Assembly (NCBI GenBank): GCA_938091905.1
Contig: CALKOM010000102.1
Location: forward strand, 1-33,165
Direction of reading: 5' to 3'
From: an uncultured Verrucomicrobiales bacterium
Lineage (GTDB): Bacteria; Verrucomicrobiota; Verrucomicrobiia; Verrucomicrobiales; DEV007
Length of the DNA: 33,165 nucleotides
Shown: one piece after another, positions 1 to 8,384 of the stretch
How positions within the stretch are numbered: the first letter of the stretch is position 1
Layout of the letters: every line of letters begins with the position of its first letter
Position numbers and translations under genes: made by a program
The notes under the pieces: generated by a model
The model's input: only the letters and a program-made list of their open reading frames with translations
What the model was told of the DNA's origin: nothing
Database searches by the model: none

Positions 1-498
1 GGAGCGACGAATCAGGTGAACGCTCAACGGGGCTATGCGCCTAAAGGCGAAACGCCGGAACTCAAGAAGAGCGGCAAGAAGTATAGAATCAACATGATCA
101 GCGCAGTGACAAACAAGGGAGAACTTCGGTTCATGTGCTACACAGCTACAATGACACAATCGAAGTTTATATTGTTTCTATCCAAGCTGGTAAAAACAAC
201 CGAAGGGCCTGTGGTTGTGATCACTGACAATTTACCGGTTCATCATGGCAAGCGGGTGAAGTCGTGGGTAAAGGAGCAGCCTAATCTCAGACTTGAGTTC
301 ATACCCGGCTACTCGCCAGAGCTCAATGCCGATGAATATCTCAACCGAGATCTCAAGAAGAACGTCACTACCAGGCGGATGCCAAGAAACCTGGCCGAGC
401 TAAAAGCGAACGTGATTTCGTTCATGCGCAGCATCCAGAAACAACCAGAGCGACTCATGAACTATTTCAATGGTCGACATATAGCATATGCGGCATAG
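1..498 (+). CDS. IS630-family transposase, C-terminal DDE part (5'-truncated by window edge)
   Basis: Frame is open from base 1. IS630/Tc1 DDE motifs: RGYAPKGETP, NMISAV, VITDNLPVH (second Asp), FIPGYSPELNADE (Glu); C-terminus ends 'IAYAA'. Confidence 0.92.
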   Translation, partial: GATNQVNAQRGYAPKGETPELKKSGKKYRINMISAVTNKGELRFMCYTATMTQSKFILFLSKLVKTTEGPVVVITDNLPVHHGKRVKSWVKEQPNLRLEFIPGYSPELNADEYLNRDLKKNVTTRRMPRNLAELKANVISFMRSIQKQPERLMNYFNGRHIAYAA

Positions 499-528
499 AT
501 CTACCTGTATTTGAAGACCGCATTAATA
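1..528 (+). mobile_element. IS630 element, right-hand part, with putative right terminal inverted repeat (~506-528) ending in TA
   Basis: The transposase stop is followed by TGTATTTGAAGACCGCATTAATA. IS630 elements insert at and duplicate TA. The left end is outside the window, so the IR cannot be confirmed. Confidence 0.7.
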
Positions 529-671
529 ATTTCTAAAAATTGAGGGCTGATTGACCTGTTCAATCTGGATCTACTGATATTCGCAGGATTATCCTTATAG
601 TTAGTCTGAATTTTTTAGGCGCCCGAGGATTTAGTAACTGCTGTGATGTGGTGTTGTAAGTATTTGTTGTT

Positions 672-1792
672 GTGAGAGAAAAAAATAAATCAAGAACGTT
701 GGCGTCATCGGGGGATGAGCTTTATCGAAATGCTCGGAGCTTTTGCTGCGATCGGCATCTTGGCGACCATAGGCACCAAGATGATGACGAAACTTCCGCA
801 GCAGGCGGAGGAACAAAGGCTGAATATCCAGGTGACCACGCTGAATCTTCGGTGAAGTCGTATATAGCATCAGGCGGCTCGTTGGAGGGGCTTACGAGTG
901 CTCAGTAGGTTGTCGACAAGTTGAAAACTATGGCGAGCAACGCGGAGAAGATTCCAGGTTTCGGTGGAACGTTTGGTGACCCTCGCTCAACCGTAGTGGT
1001 TCAGTCTGACGAGGAAGCCGCCACGGATGGTGCACTCCGAGTTCTTTGGGATCCGTCGATCAAGCAATCCACACCGTATTGTAGGCGATTGCGCGCCCTA
1101 GTAGGACCGTGACCATCAGCAATCCTAATGGTGAAGATGTTTCAGTTGTTCCGTATCCGATCAATGGTGGTGACTAAGCAGGTTATGAGGATGTTCTTGA
1201 GATCACTCAAGCGGACTCCGCCTCAAGATTACAGATCGAACCGAAGGTGGTGGCGACGCGATACGCGACCATTCTCCATAGCAGTGATACTCTCACAGAA
1301 ACGATCTATGTGAGGCTGTCGCCACCCATGTTCTCCATGGACTCTAGCAGCTGTTGTGAAAACCTCTATGACAAGTCTTTGCTCCTGAAGGATCCTAGCG
1401 GAACGTCGGCCTCGACCATCGTGTACACGGTTGATGGCGGGAGCGAACAGACTTATGCTTCTGTGATCGATCCACTCGATACGTTGGCCGGTGCGATCAA
1501 TATCCGCGGAAAAACGAGGGTTTCGGTATCTTGCCAATCTCTTGGCGCTGGCTTGGTTCTCGATAGGTGTCCGGTCACCCATATGTTCGCGCTAGAGCCT
1601 CATACGGAAATGGATCCACCGGTGATTACGCTAGAGGGAGGCACATTCTCTGAGTATGCCCTGATAACGATCATTCCTCCGGTTTCAAATCCAGAGGCGC
1701 AAGTCATCTTCACCCGAGATGGTAGCGACCCTACAGTTAATGAAACTGGCAATATCATTAATAGGATGGGTTATAAAGAGCCGCTGTCGTAG
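672..1792 (+). pseudogene. Degraded type IV prepilin/T2SS pseudopilin-like protein fused to FN3-associated (CHB_HEX_C-like) repeats
   Basis: Manual translation of 700-846 gives WRHRG|MSFIEMLGAFAAIGILATIG...EQRLNIQVTTLN (class III signal with G-1, E+5 and a hydrophobic helix). It continues after a frameshift (~846) as SSVKSYIASGGSLEGL, then in-frame TAG 906-908, a frame break at ~1060-1085 and in-frame TAA 1175-1177. Later motifs: IVYTVDGG and PPVITLEGGTF...VIFTRDGSDPT. Confidence 0.75.
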
Positions 1793-1867
1793 TAACTTCC
1801 CCCGGGCCCCATGAGCTTGGCATGGATCAGCCAAACCTAATGGGGGATTGCTGTTTTCTAGTCAAAT

Positions 1868-2254
1868 TTACGCCTCTATCATTGCGTATGCGATGGCGTG
1901 AGAATCCGTGTGACTGAGGCTGATATGAATAGGTCCGAGGTGTTCATGGCGAGCGAGTTCGGCAGCACGGTGGTGAAGTGCTACGCTTGGGGCACCTGCA
2001 TCGTTCCGATTGATCTCGAGATCTACCCAATCAAAACCGGGACCGATGCCCAGGTGAAAGGCTTTGGAAAGGGCTTCCTTGGCGGCGAATCGGGCAGCGT
2101 AGCTGCGAAACTTGGCCGCTGCCGCGAGAGATTCGCAGTAGGCAATCTCGCGTGCCGTAAAGATGCGATCTCGGAAGCGATCACCGTGTCTCGTGAGGCT
2201 TCGCTCGATGCGGGAGACCTCGACGAGGTCGGTGCCGATACCGTAGATGGCCAT
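1868..2254 (-). CDS. acpS: Holo-[acyl-carrier-protein] synthase
   Basis: GIGTDLVEVSRI, AARFAAKEALSKA and HISLSHT motifs; follows pdxJ, a widely conserved pairing. Confidence 0.97.
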   Translation of the reverse strand: MAIYGIGTDLVEVSRIERSLTRHGDRFRDRIFTAREIAYCESLAAAAKFRSYAARFAAKEALSKAFHLGIGPGFDWVDLEINRNDAGAPSVALHHRAAELARHEHLGPIHISLSHTDSHAIAYAMIEA

Positions 2255-2257
2255 TTC

Positions 2258-2998
2258 CTATCCAGGGTAAGCGTCCATGAGTTCGCGCATTTCGGCCACG
2301 GCGTGATGGAGGCCAACGGTGAGCGCACGCGATACCAGGTGATGCCCGATGTTAAACTCGGCCAGATAAGGGACTTGAAAAAGATCCGAGATGTTTGAGC
2401 TGTTGATCCCATGTCCGGCATTAATTTGCAGACCTAGTTGATGGCCCAACGTGGCTCCGTCGATGAGGCGCTGAAGTTCGTGACCGCGATCGATGGCATT
2501 GGCGAATGCTCCTGTGTGGAGTTCGACCATTTCAGCTCCCAGTTCTTTGGTCACCTCTAGTTGGGGTGAATCTGGATTAATGAAAAGGCTGACCTGGATG
2601 CCTGCTCCTTGAAGCCGTTTGATTGTCTCTTTCAATGGACCTCGCTGGCTGACCACGTCGAGACCGCCTTCAGTCGTGATCTCCTCGCGGATCTCAGGGA
2701 CGAGACAAACGAATGCTGGTTTGTGAGCGATAGCGATTTCTAAAATCTCCTCTGTATTGCCCATCTCAAAGTTCACAGGAACGAGATTGGATTCGCAGAT
2801 CACGGTCACGTCGTGGTCCTGGATGTGCCGGCGGTCAGCGCGAAGATGGATCGTGAGGGAATCCGCCCCGCCATTGACGGCTTCTTTGGCCAAATCTAAC
2901 AAGACGGGCTCCGCATTGGGAGACTCTAGCATCGTGGCAAAGCGCACCTGACGTAGCGTGGCCACGTGATCGATGTTGACTCCTAGTTTGAGCGGCAT
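2258..2998 (-). CDS. pdxJ: Pyridoxine 5'-phosphate synthase
   Basis: LGVNIDHVATLRQ, TIHLRADRRHIQ, TTEGGLDV, VELHTG, NAGHG and FNIGH motifs. Confidence 0.97.
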   Translation of the reverse strand: MPLKLGVNIDHVATLRQVRFATMLESPNAEPVLLDLAKEAVNGGADSLTIHLRADRRHIQDHDVTVICESNLVPVNFEMGNTEEILEIAIAHKPAFVCLVPEIREEITTEGGLDVVSQRGPLKETIKRLQGAGIQVSLFINPDSPQLEVTKELGAEMVELHTGAFANAIDRGHELQRLIDGATLGHQLGLQINAGHGINSSNISDLFQVPYLAEFNIGHHLVSRALTVGLHHAVAEMRELMDAYPG

Positions 2999-3001
2999 GG
3001 C

Positions 3002-4525
3002 TTAGTGGCGGAAGTGGCGATGACCGGTGAAGACCATGGCCATGTCTCGTTCGTCGGCAGCAGTAATGACTTCTTCATCGCGAATGGACCCGCCGGGCTG
3101 AATGGCGGCCTTAGCTCCAGCATCGGAAGCCGCGATTAGACCGTCAGCAAAGGGGAAGAGAGCATCGCTAGCAACGATGCTTTCATCAAGGGAGAGACCC
3201 GCTTCGTGGGCTTTCCATACAGCAATACGGCAGGAATCCACACGAGACATCTGCCCGGCACCAATGCCGAGGGTTCGGTCGGAACCCGTGAAGACGATGG
3301 CGTTTGATTTGACATGTTTGACGATTCTCCAACCAAACTTCATGGCGTCTATTTCTGACGCTGTTGGTTGGCGCTTCGTCTTGATGTTGTCTAACAGGGT
3401 GTCTATGCCGAGGGCGCGCGAATCGTTGTCCATGACCATGAGACCGCCGGGCGCCGACTTGATGACGGGTGAATCGAGACATTCAGACACACGGTCTGAC
3501 ATTTGCATGAGGCGCAGATTCTTCTTCTTCGAGAAGATGGTCATGGCTTCTGCTTCGTATCCAGGGGCGATGATGACGTCGGTGAAGATCTTGCTAACGA
3601 CTTCGGCGAGAGCCCCTGTCATTGGACGATTCATGACAATCACGCCGCCAAAGGGCGCTTGCTGATCCGTCGCGAAAGCTTTGTCCCAGGCGCTGACGAG
3701 ATCTTCAGCAGAGCCAACGCCGCAGGGATTGGTGTGCTTTAGAATGGCGACCGTAGGCTCTTCAAACTCGCTAATGAGAGCCGATGCGGATTCGATGTCC
3801 AAGATGTTGGTGTAGGACAATCCTTTCCCTTGAAGTTTGGTGAAGTAATCGCTGAAGTTGCCATACAGCGTCGCTTTCTGGTGGGGGTTGTCTCCGTAGC
3901 GAAGATCTTCAGCATGCGGAAGGTTGATGGTGACGCTCTTGTTAGATCGTGTCACGAGCCAGTTGCTGATTGCCTGATCATACTCCCCGGTGCGTTGGTA
4001 GACTTTGATAGCCAGGGCCTCGCGAAAGGCTAGTGTCGTATTTCCATCGTTGGCAGCCATTTCCTCTAGCACCTTGTCGTAGTCGGCGGGATCAGTGATC
4101 ACGGTAACATCCCGGTAGTTCTTAGAAGCGCCACGGAGAAGGGCGGGGCCGCCGATGTCGATTTGCTCGATCGCTTCTTCCAGAGTTACGTCTTCTCGGG
4201 CGACCGTTGCCTCAAAGGGGTATAAATTCACGACTAACAGGTCAATTGGCGGGATATCGTGGTCGGTGGCTTGAGCACCATGGTCATCTCGGCGGAAGAG
4301 GAGGCCCCCGTGAACCTTGGGATGGAGCGTCTTTACCCGACCTTCAAACAATTCTGGGGCGCCAGTGTATTCGGACACGTCGATGACTGGCAGGCCAGCT
4401 TCACGAAGCGCTTTGGCGGTGCCGCCCGTGGACAGGAGTTCGACTCCATGATCGTGGAGTTTCTGGGCAAAGGGCACGAGGCCCGCTTTGTCGGATACAG
4501 AGAACAGAGCGCGTTGAATAGTCAT
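3002..4525 (-). CDS. purH: Bifunctional AICAR transformylase/IMP cyclohydrolase
   Basis: Start placed at MTIQRALFSVSDK (ATG 4525). Motifs LSTGGTA, GRVKTLHP, IDIGGP, LRYGDNPHQ, KHTNPCG, GAGQMSRVD, FTGHRHFRH. Confidence 0.97.
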   Translation of the reverse strand: MTIQRALFSVSDKAGLVPFAQKLHDHGVELLSTGGTAKALREAGLPVIDVSEYTGAPELFEGRVKTLHPKVHGGLLFRRDDHGAQATDHDIPPIDLLVVNLYPFEATVAREDVTLEEAIEQIDIGGPALLRGASKNYRDVTVITDPADYDKVLEEMAANDGNTTLAFREALAIKVYQRTGEYDQAISNWLVTRSNKSVTINLPHAEDLRYGDNPHQKATLYGNFSDYFTKLQGKGLSYTNILDIESASALISEFEEPTVAILKHTNPCGVGSAEDLVSAWDKAFATDQQAPFGGVIVMNRPMTGALAEVVSKIFTDVIIAPGYEAEAMTIFSKKKNLRLMQMSDRVSECLDSPVIKSAPGGLMVMDNDSRALGIDTLLDNIKTKRQPTASEIDAMKFGWRIVKHVKSNAIVFTGSDRTLGIGAGQMSRVDSCRIAVWKAHEAGLSLDESIVASDALFPFADGLIAASDAGAKAAIQPGGSIRDEEVITAADERDMAMVFTGHRHFRH

Positions 4526-4667
4526 GAGATGTCTTGGAGAGATGTCGAGATGGCGCGATAGCCTCTCTGTTTCGCCCGTGCAAGAACAATGCCGGAACCT
4601 TCGGGGTTCGTTGCCTCTATTGATCTTGCTTCCGTGCGATCGAGTTGCGAGGGTGCCTTTGCAGAGC

Positions 4668-6494
4668 ATGTCCCACTCCAAAGAGATCATCATCAAATGC
4701 CCGGCTTGTGAAGCCAGGTTCGAGGCTGAGCGTGAGGCCCAGGCCAGCTTTGTGAGTTGCCCGGACTGCGACATGCAGGTGCGGATTTCTGGAATGTCTG
4801 AGCGGAAACAGGGGCGCGCTGCTTCGGCGGCTCGGCGTATTAGTAGCATTTCGTCCATTCCGAGGGCGCGGCATCATACGAATGTGCAGATTGGCGATCT
4901 CTCCGCAGGCAAGGCGGCGATTGATCTTGAGACGATTCGGACGCGCAAACAGGTAAGAGAAGAAGACCGCGACCTGGTGATTGATGAAGGCGAAGAGCTA
5001 GAATCGCTGTCTTCAAAGAGTTCGACCAAGGATGCTTCTAGATCGTCGGCACGGACAAGTATTGAACGCAGAGCTGCTAAGCTGGAAGAACGTGCCGCTA
5101 AGCTGGAAGAGCGAGCCGCCAAGCTCGGCCAGATGAAGCTTAAGAAGCCAAAGCCAAAGCCGAAAGCTGAGAAGCCGAAAGCTGAGAAGCCAAAAGCTGA
5201 GAAGCCAAAAGCTGAGAAACCGAAAGCTGAAAAATTGAAGTCCGAAGCTCCCAAATCGTCCGAGGAGAAATCTAAGGACGAGGATGGGGTCGAGTATGAG
5301 AAGGTTGAGGTGCGGTCTAGTGGAGAGCGTCGTCGTCTGCGGAGGGCTCCGAAAGCAGAAGTGCCTGCCCCTCGGGGGACGGTTGATGCGCCAAAGTACG
5401 TAGAGAATCTGCGCACTGAATCGAGTGAAGTGCTAGTAGCTCCTGAGGGAGAAGTCGAAGGGAAGAAGGCCGAAACAGAAGAGCGTGTCGAGCCGAAGGA
5501 GCGTGTCAAGCCGACGCAGGATTTTGAAGAACGCCGAGTATCGGATGGGGCAGAATGGCGAAGGCATCAGCCGACCCGCGTTGAGGCCCCGCAGTGGGAA
5601 GGCGGGGAACCTGGAGAGGGGCAAGAAGAATACAATGAGATCGTAACAGATCAGGGCGACATCGATCGCGTGACCCGCCGAATTTTTATTGGAATCATTT
5701 CGGTTTTGGGCTTGTTTGCACTCTTTGCTAGTTTCCAATTTATTTTGGCTCAGGCTGGATGGCTCGAGTCGAACATTGAAGTGGTGGATGCGCCGCCGCT
5801 TCCTGAAGATCATATGGGGCGTTGGTCTCGGGCCGAGATGTTAGATCTCTCTCGCCCTGTCATTAATAAATTCTTTGCGTCGACGTCGAACGAAGAGGCG
5901 CTCCAGTATGTTCGTCGTGCTGGGAAGGTTGCCTTCATGATGAAGAAGCATTACGCCCCGTTTGGCTTTAGTCCGGTCAAGATCGACTCTCTTGGCGCGC
6001 CTGAAGATTGTAATATAGTTGCTGACGGCTACTTTGTGGTTCCGGTAACGCTTGCGGATTTCTCCTCTCGTGGGATTGCCCTGGAGGTGCCTGAGTCTAA
6101 GGACGGCGATTGGTTGATCGATTGGGAAAGTTGGGTCGGGTACTCAGAAATGGACTTTAGTGAGATGCGGCTGCGTCAGCCCAAAGATCCAGTGGTGGTC
6201 AGGTGCTATCTCGTCCAAGATGAGTACTACAACTTTGCCTTCTCCGACCGGGAGAAGTATCTTTCTTTCAAGCTCATCGATCACACCCGGGAAGATCAGC
6301 TATGGGGTTACATTGATAAACTATCGGATTCCTATAGCCGACTGGCTACTGCGCTTGCGGGAACTCAAGGAAGCAGTTCGTCAGAGGAATTAGCCACGCT
6401 GAAAGTATGGTTCTTGGACAACCCTCAGAATCCAGCATCTGACCAAGTAGAGATCACTGATCTGGTGACTTTCGGGTGGGTATTGCGAGACTAG
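4668..6494 (+). CDS. Bitopic membrane protein: N-terminal zinc ribbon, long charged disordered linker, one TM helix, extracytoplasmic C-terminal domain
   Basis: CPAC-x16-CPDC at the N-terminus (MJ0042-type finger-like); K/E/P-rich repeats; hydrophobic IFIGIISVLGLFALFASFQFILA; globular C-terminus containing WLIDWESWVGYSEM. Start placed at ATG 4668. Confidence 0.8.
   Translation: MSHSKEIIIKCPACEARFEAEREAQASFVSCPDCDMQVRISGMSERKQGRAASAARRISSISSIPRARHHTNVQIGDLSAGKAAIDLETIRTRKQVREEDRDLVIDEGEELESLSSKSSTKDASRSSARTSIERRAAKLEERAAKLEERAAKLGQMKLKKPKPKPKAEKPKAEKPKAEKPKAEKPKAEKLKSEAPKSSEEKSKDEDGVEYEKVEVRSSGERRRLRRAPKAEVPAPRGTVDAPKYVENLRTESSEVLVAPEGEVEGKKAETEERVEPKERVKPTQDFEERRVSDGAEWRRHQPTRVEAPQWEGGEPGEGQEEYNEIVTDQGDIDRVTRRIFIGIISVLGLFALFASFQFILAQAGWLESNIEVVDAPPLPEDHMGRWSRAEMLDLSRPVINKFFASTSNEEALQYVRRAGKVAFMMKKHYAPFGFSPVKIDSLGAPEDCNIVADGYFVVPVTLADFSSRGIALEVPESKDGDWLIDWESWVGYSEMDFSEMRLRQPKDPVVVRCYLVQDEYYNFAFSDREKYLSFKLIDHTREDQLWGYIDKLSDSYSRLATALAGTQGSSSSEELATLKVWFLDNPQNPASDQVEITDLVTFGWVLRD
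5070..5126 (+). repeat. ~2.7 x 21-bp coding repeat (RAAKLEE)
   Basis: AGAGCTGCTAAGCTGGAAGAA / CGTGCCGCTAAGCTGGAAGAG / CGAGCCGCCAAGCTC. Confidence 0.85.
5160..5234 (+). repeat. 5 x 15-bp coding tandem repeat (PKAEK)
   Basis: CCRAAAGCTGARAAR repeated five times in frame. Confidence 0.92.
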
Positions 6495-7616
6495 TTAGCG
6501 GGCTTCGAAAGGCTGTTCTTCAGATTCCGTCTCCATCAGAACTGCGTGCTCGACGTCCCCCTTCGGGGCGTGGATCACAAACGCAGTCTCTTTTCCCGGT
6601 GTACTCGAAGCTTCAACAGTGCCGCCATGAGATTCAATGGCGCGTTTGACGATGGAAAGGCCCAACCCAGTGCCTTTGATCTCCTTTGAATGATGTTTTT
6701 CGACCCGGTAGAAACGTTTGAAAATGAATGGTAAATCGGCCATAGGAATGCCGACACCATCATCGCTGATGCAGATGCGAAAGTGAGTATCTTGATCGTG
6801 AAAACTGATCTTAACATTGAGACCAGTTCTGACATTCTGCTTGAGCGCATTCTCTACGAGGTTGAAGAAGATTTGATCCCAGTAAAATCGATCCCCACAA
6901 ATGAGGGAGGGGCTGTTTTCTGGTGTGACGGTGATGTTCGCCTGCTTCTCCTCAATCAATGGATGGAGGCGTTCGACGACATCATGCGCGCAGCTTTGGA
7001 GGTCAAAGACGCCGGCTTTCGTGGGATCGTGAGCCGCGGACTCGAACTTGGAGATTGTCAGCATATCCTCGACGATGCGAGCGATACGATCTCCATGTTT
7101 CTTCATGATACCAAGGAAACGATGGGCCAATTCGCTATCTTCGACGGCACCCTCGCGGAGGTTCTCGATGTAACCATTGATGATAGAAAGAGGCGTGCGA
7201 AGTTCGTGCGACGCATTGGCTACGAAATCACGGCGTACCTGTTCGGTCTCCACACGATGGGTGTCGTCTCGCAAAATAACGCGGAAATATTTGTCGCCAA
7301 CAAATCCGGGGAGCGGTTCTGCGTTTACACTGAGCACGACCTGTCCCGTGTCACGTTGGCCAGATGTCAGTTCGATTTCTTCGGTGACGGGCTTTTTCGA
7401 TTCGATGGTTTCTAGAACTAGTTTGTGGATGCGATGATTCCGAACGACTTCGAGGATATCCCGACCGACTGGGTCGCGGGTCAACTCAAAAAGATCCTTA
7501 ACGGCTTTGTTAGCAAAGAGGATGCTCGCAGAACTGTCGACAACGAGGATGCTGTCGGCCAAGCCATCGAGCATGATCTCGAGGATTCCTTGGTTCTCTT
7601 CGAAAAGTAACGTCAT
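6495..7616 (-). CDS. phoR: PhoR-like sensor histidine kinase (PAS-HisKA-HATPase), no TM segment apparent
   Basis: RRDFVANASHELRTPL H-box, NLVENALK, DDGVGI, FKRFYRV, GTGLGLSIVK. Start ATG 7616 overlaps the phoB stop (ATGA). Confidence 0.85.
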   Translation of the reverse strand: MTLLFEENQGILEIMLDGLADSILVVDSSASILFANKAVKDLFELTRDPVGRDILEVVRNHRIHKLVLETIESKKPVTEEIELTSGQRDTGQVVLSVNAEPLPGFVGDKYFRVILRDDTHRVETEQVRRDFVANASHELRTPLSIINGYIENLREGAVEDSELAHRFLGIMKKHGDRIARIVEDMLTISKFESAAHDPTKAGVFDLQSCAHDVVERLHPLIEEKQANITVTPENSPSLICGDRFYWDQIFFNLVENALKQNVRTGLNVKISFHDQDTHFRICISDDGVGIPMADLPFIFKRFYRVEKHHSKEIKGTGLGLSIVKRAIESHGGTVEASSTPGKETAFVIHAPKGDVEHAVLMETESEEQPFEAR

Positions 7617-8305
7617 TGTGCCATTGATGGGTCGACTGCGAGTGTATAGCCTATACCGCGGACAGTCTGAATCCAATGGGCATCGCCCCCCAGCTTTTCC
7701 CGAAGACGCTTTACGTGGGTGTCTAAGGTTCTTGTGTGCACCATGTCCGTGTAACCCCAAACATCTCGAAGAAGGGTGGCGCGTTCGACGGCTTGTCCTT
7801 GGGCTTCCAAGAGCGTGGACAATAATTTGAATTCCGTCGTGGTGAGATCCATCTCATCACCGTTGAGATACGATTTGAACGCGCTCTTATCCAAGTAGAA
7901 AGGGCCGAATTTGATCTTCGTGCCTGGGACTGCCTTGGTCGCTCTCCTTAAGAGAGCTTTCACACGAAGGACGAGTTCGCGTGGGCTGAAAGGTTTGGTC
8001 ACATAATCGTCTGCGCCCAGTTTCAGGCCCGTGATCCGGTTGGCGACCTCAGCCTTGGCAGTGAGCATGAGCACGGGTGTGTTTCGTGTCCTCGAATCAT
8101 CGCGAAGTCCTTTAAAGACCTCAAAGCCGTCCCGACCAGGAAGCATGAGATCGAGCACCACCAGATCTGGCATGTGCTCCAGCGCTAGGGCAAGACCGTC
8201 ATTGCCGTTGGAAGCCCTGAGCACTTCATACTCTTCCTTCTGCAAATTGAAGGCAACGAGGTCGAGGATATCTTCCTCGTCTTCCACTACTAAGATCGTT
8301 GGCAC
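7613..8305 (-). CDS. phoB: PhoB/OmpR-family response regulator
   Basis: ILVVEDE, LDLMLPG, GADDYVTKPFSPREL and the winged-helix RTLDTHVKRLREKLG...TVRGIGY; translationally coupled to the PhoR-like kinase. Confidence 0.88.
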   Translation of the reverse strand: MPTILVVEDEEDILDLVAFNLQKEEYEVLRASNGNDGLALALEHMPDLVVLDLMLPGRDGFEVFKGLRDDSRTRNTPVLMLTAKAEVANRITGLKLGADDYVTKPFSPRELVLRVKALLRRATKAVPGTKIKFGPFYLDKSAFKSYLNGDEMDLTTTEFKLLSTLLEAQGQAVERATLLRDVWGYTDMVHTRTLDTHVKRLREKLGGDAHWIQTVRGIGYTLAVDPSMAQ

Positions 8306-8349
8306 TTTTTTAACCTTGCAAGGGAAGATCTACATCGAAACGTAATTCA

Positions 8350-8368
8350 TGAAACGAAATCGTAACGG
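8350..8368 (-). promoter_or_regulatory. Possible Pho-box-like 11-bp-spaced direct repeat upstream of phoB
   Basis: Minus strand reads CCGTTACGATTTCGTTTCA (GTTAC-N6-GTTTC) ~45 bp before the phoB start; only a weak match to Pho-box architecture. Confidence 0.25.
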
Positions 8369-8384
8369 TTCAAAACGGGGTTCC

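Noticed and set aside
1868..4525. purH-pdxJ-acpS clustering as a novel pathway
   Set aside because: pdxJ-acpS adjacency is widespread and all three are ordinary housekeeping genes.
4524..4858. Apparent head-to-head overlap of purH and the zinc-ribbon gene
   Set aside because: Artefact of longest-ORF starts. Motif-based starts (4525 and 4668) leave a normal 142-bp divergent gap.
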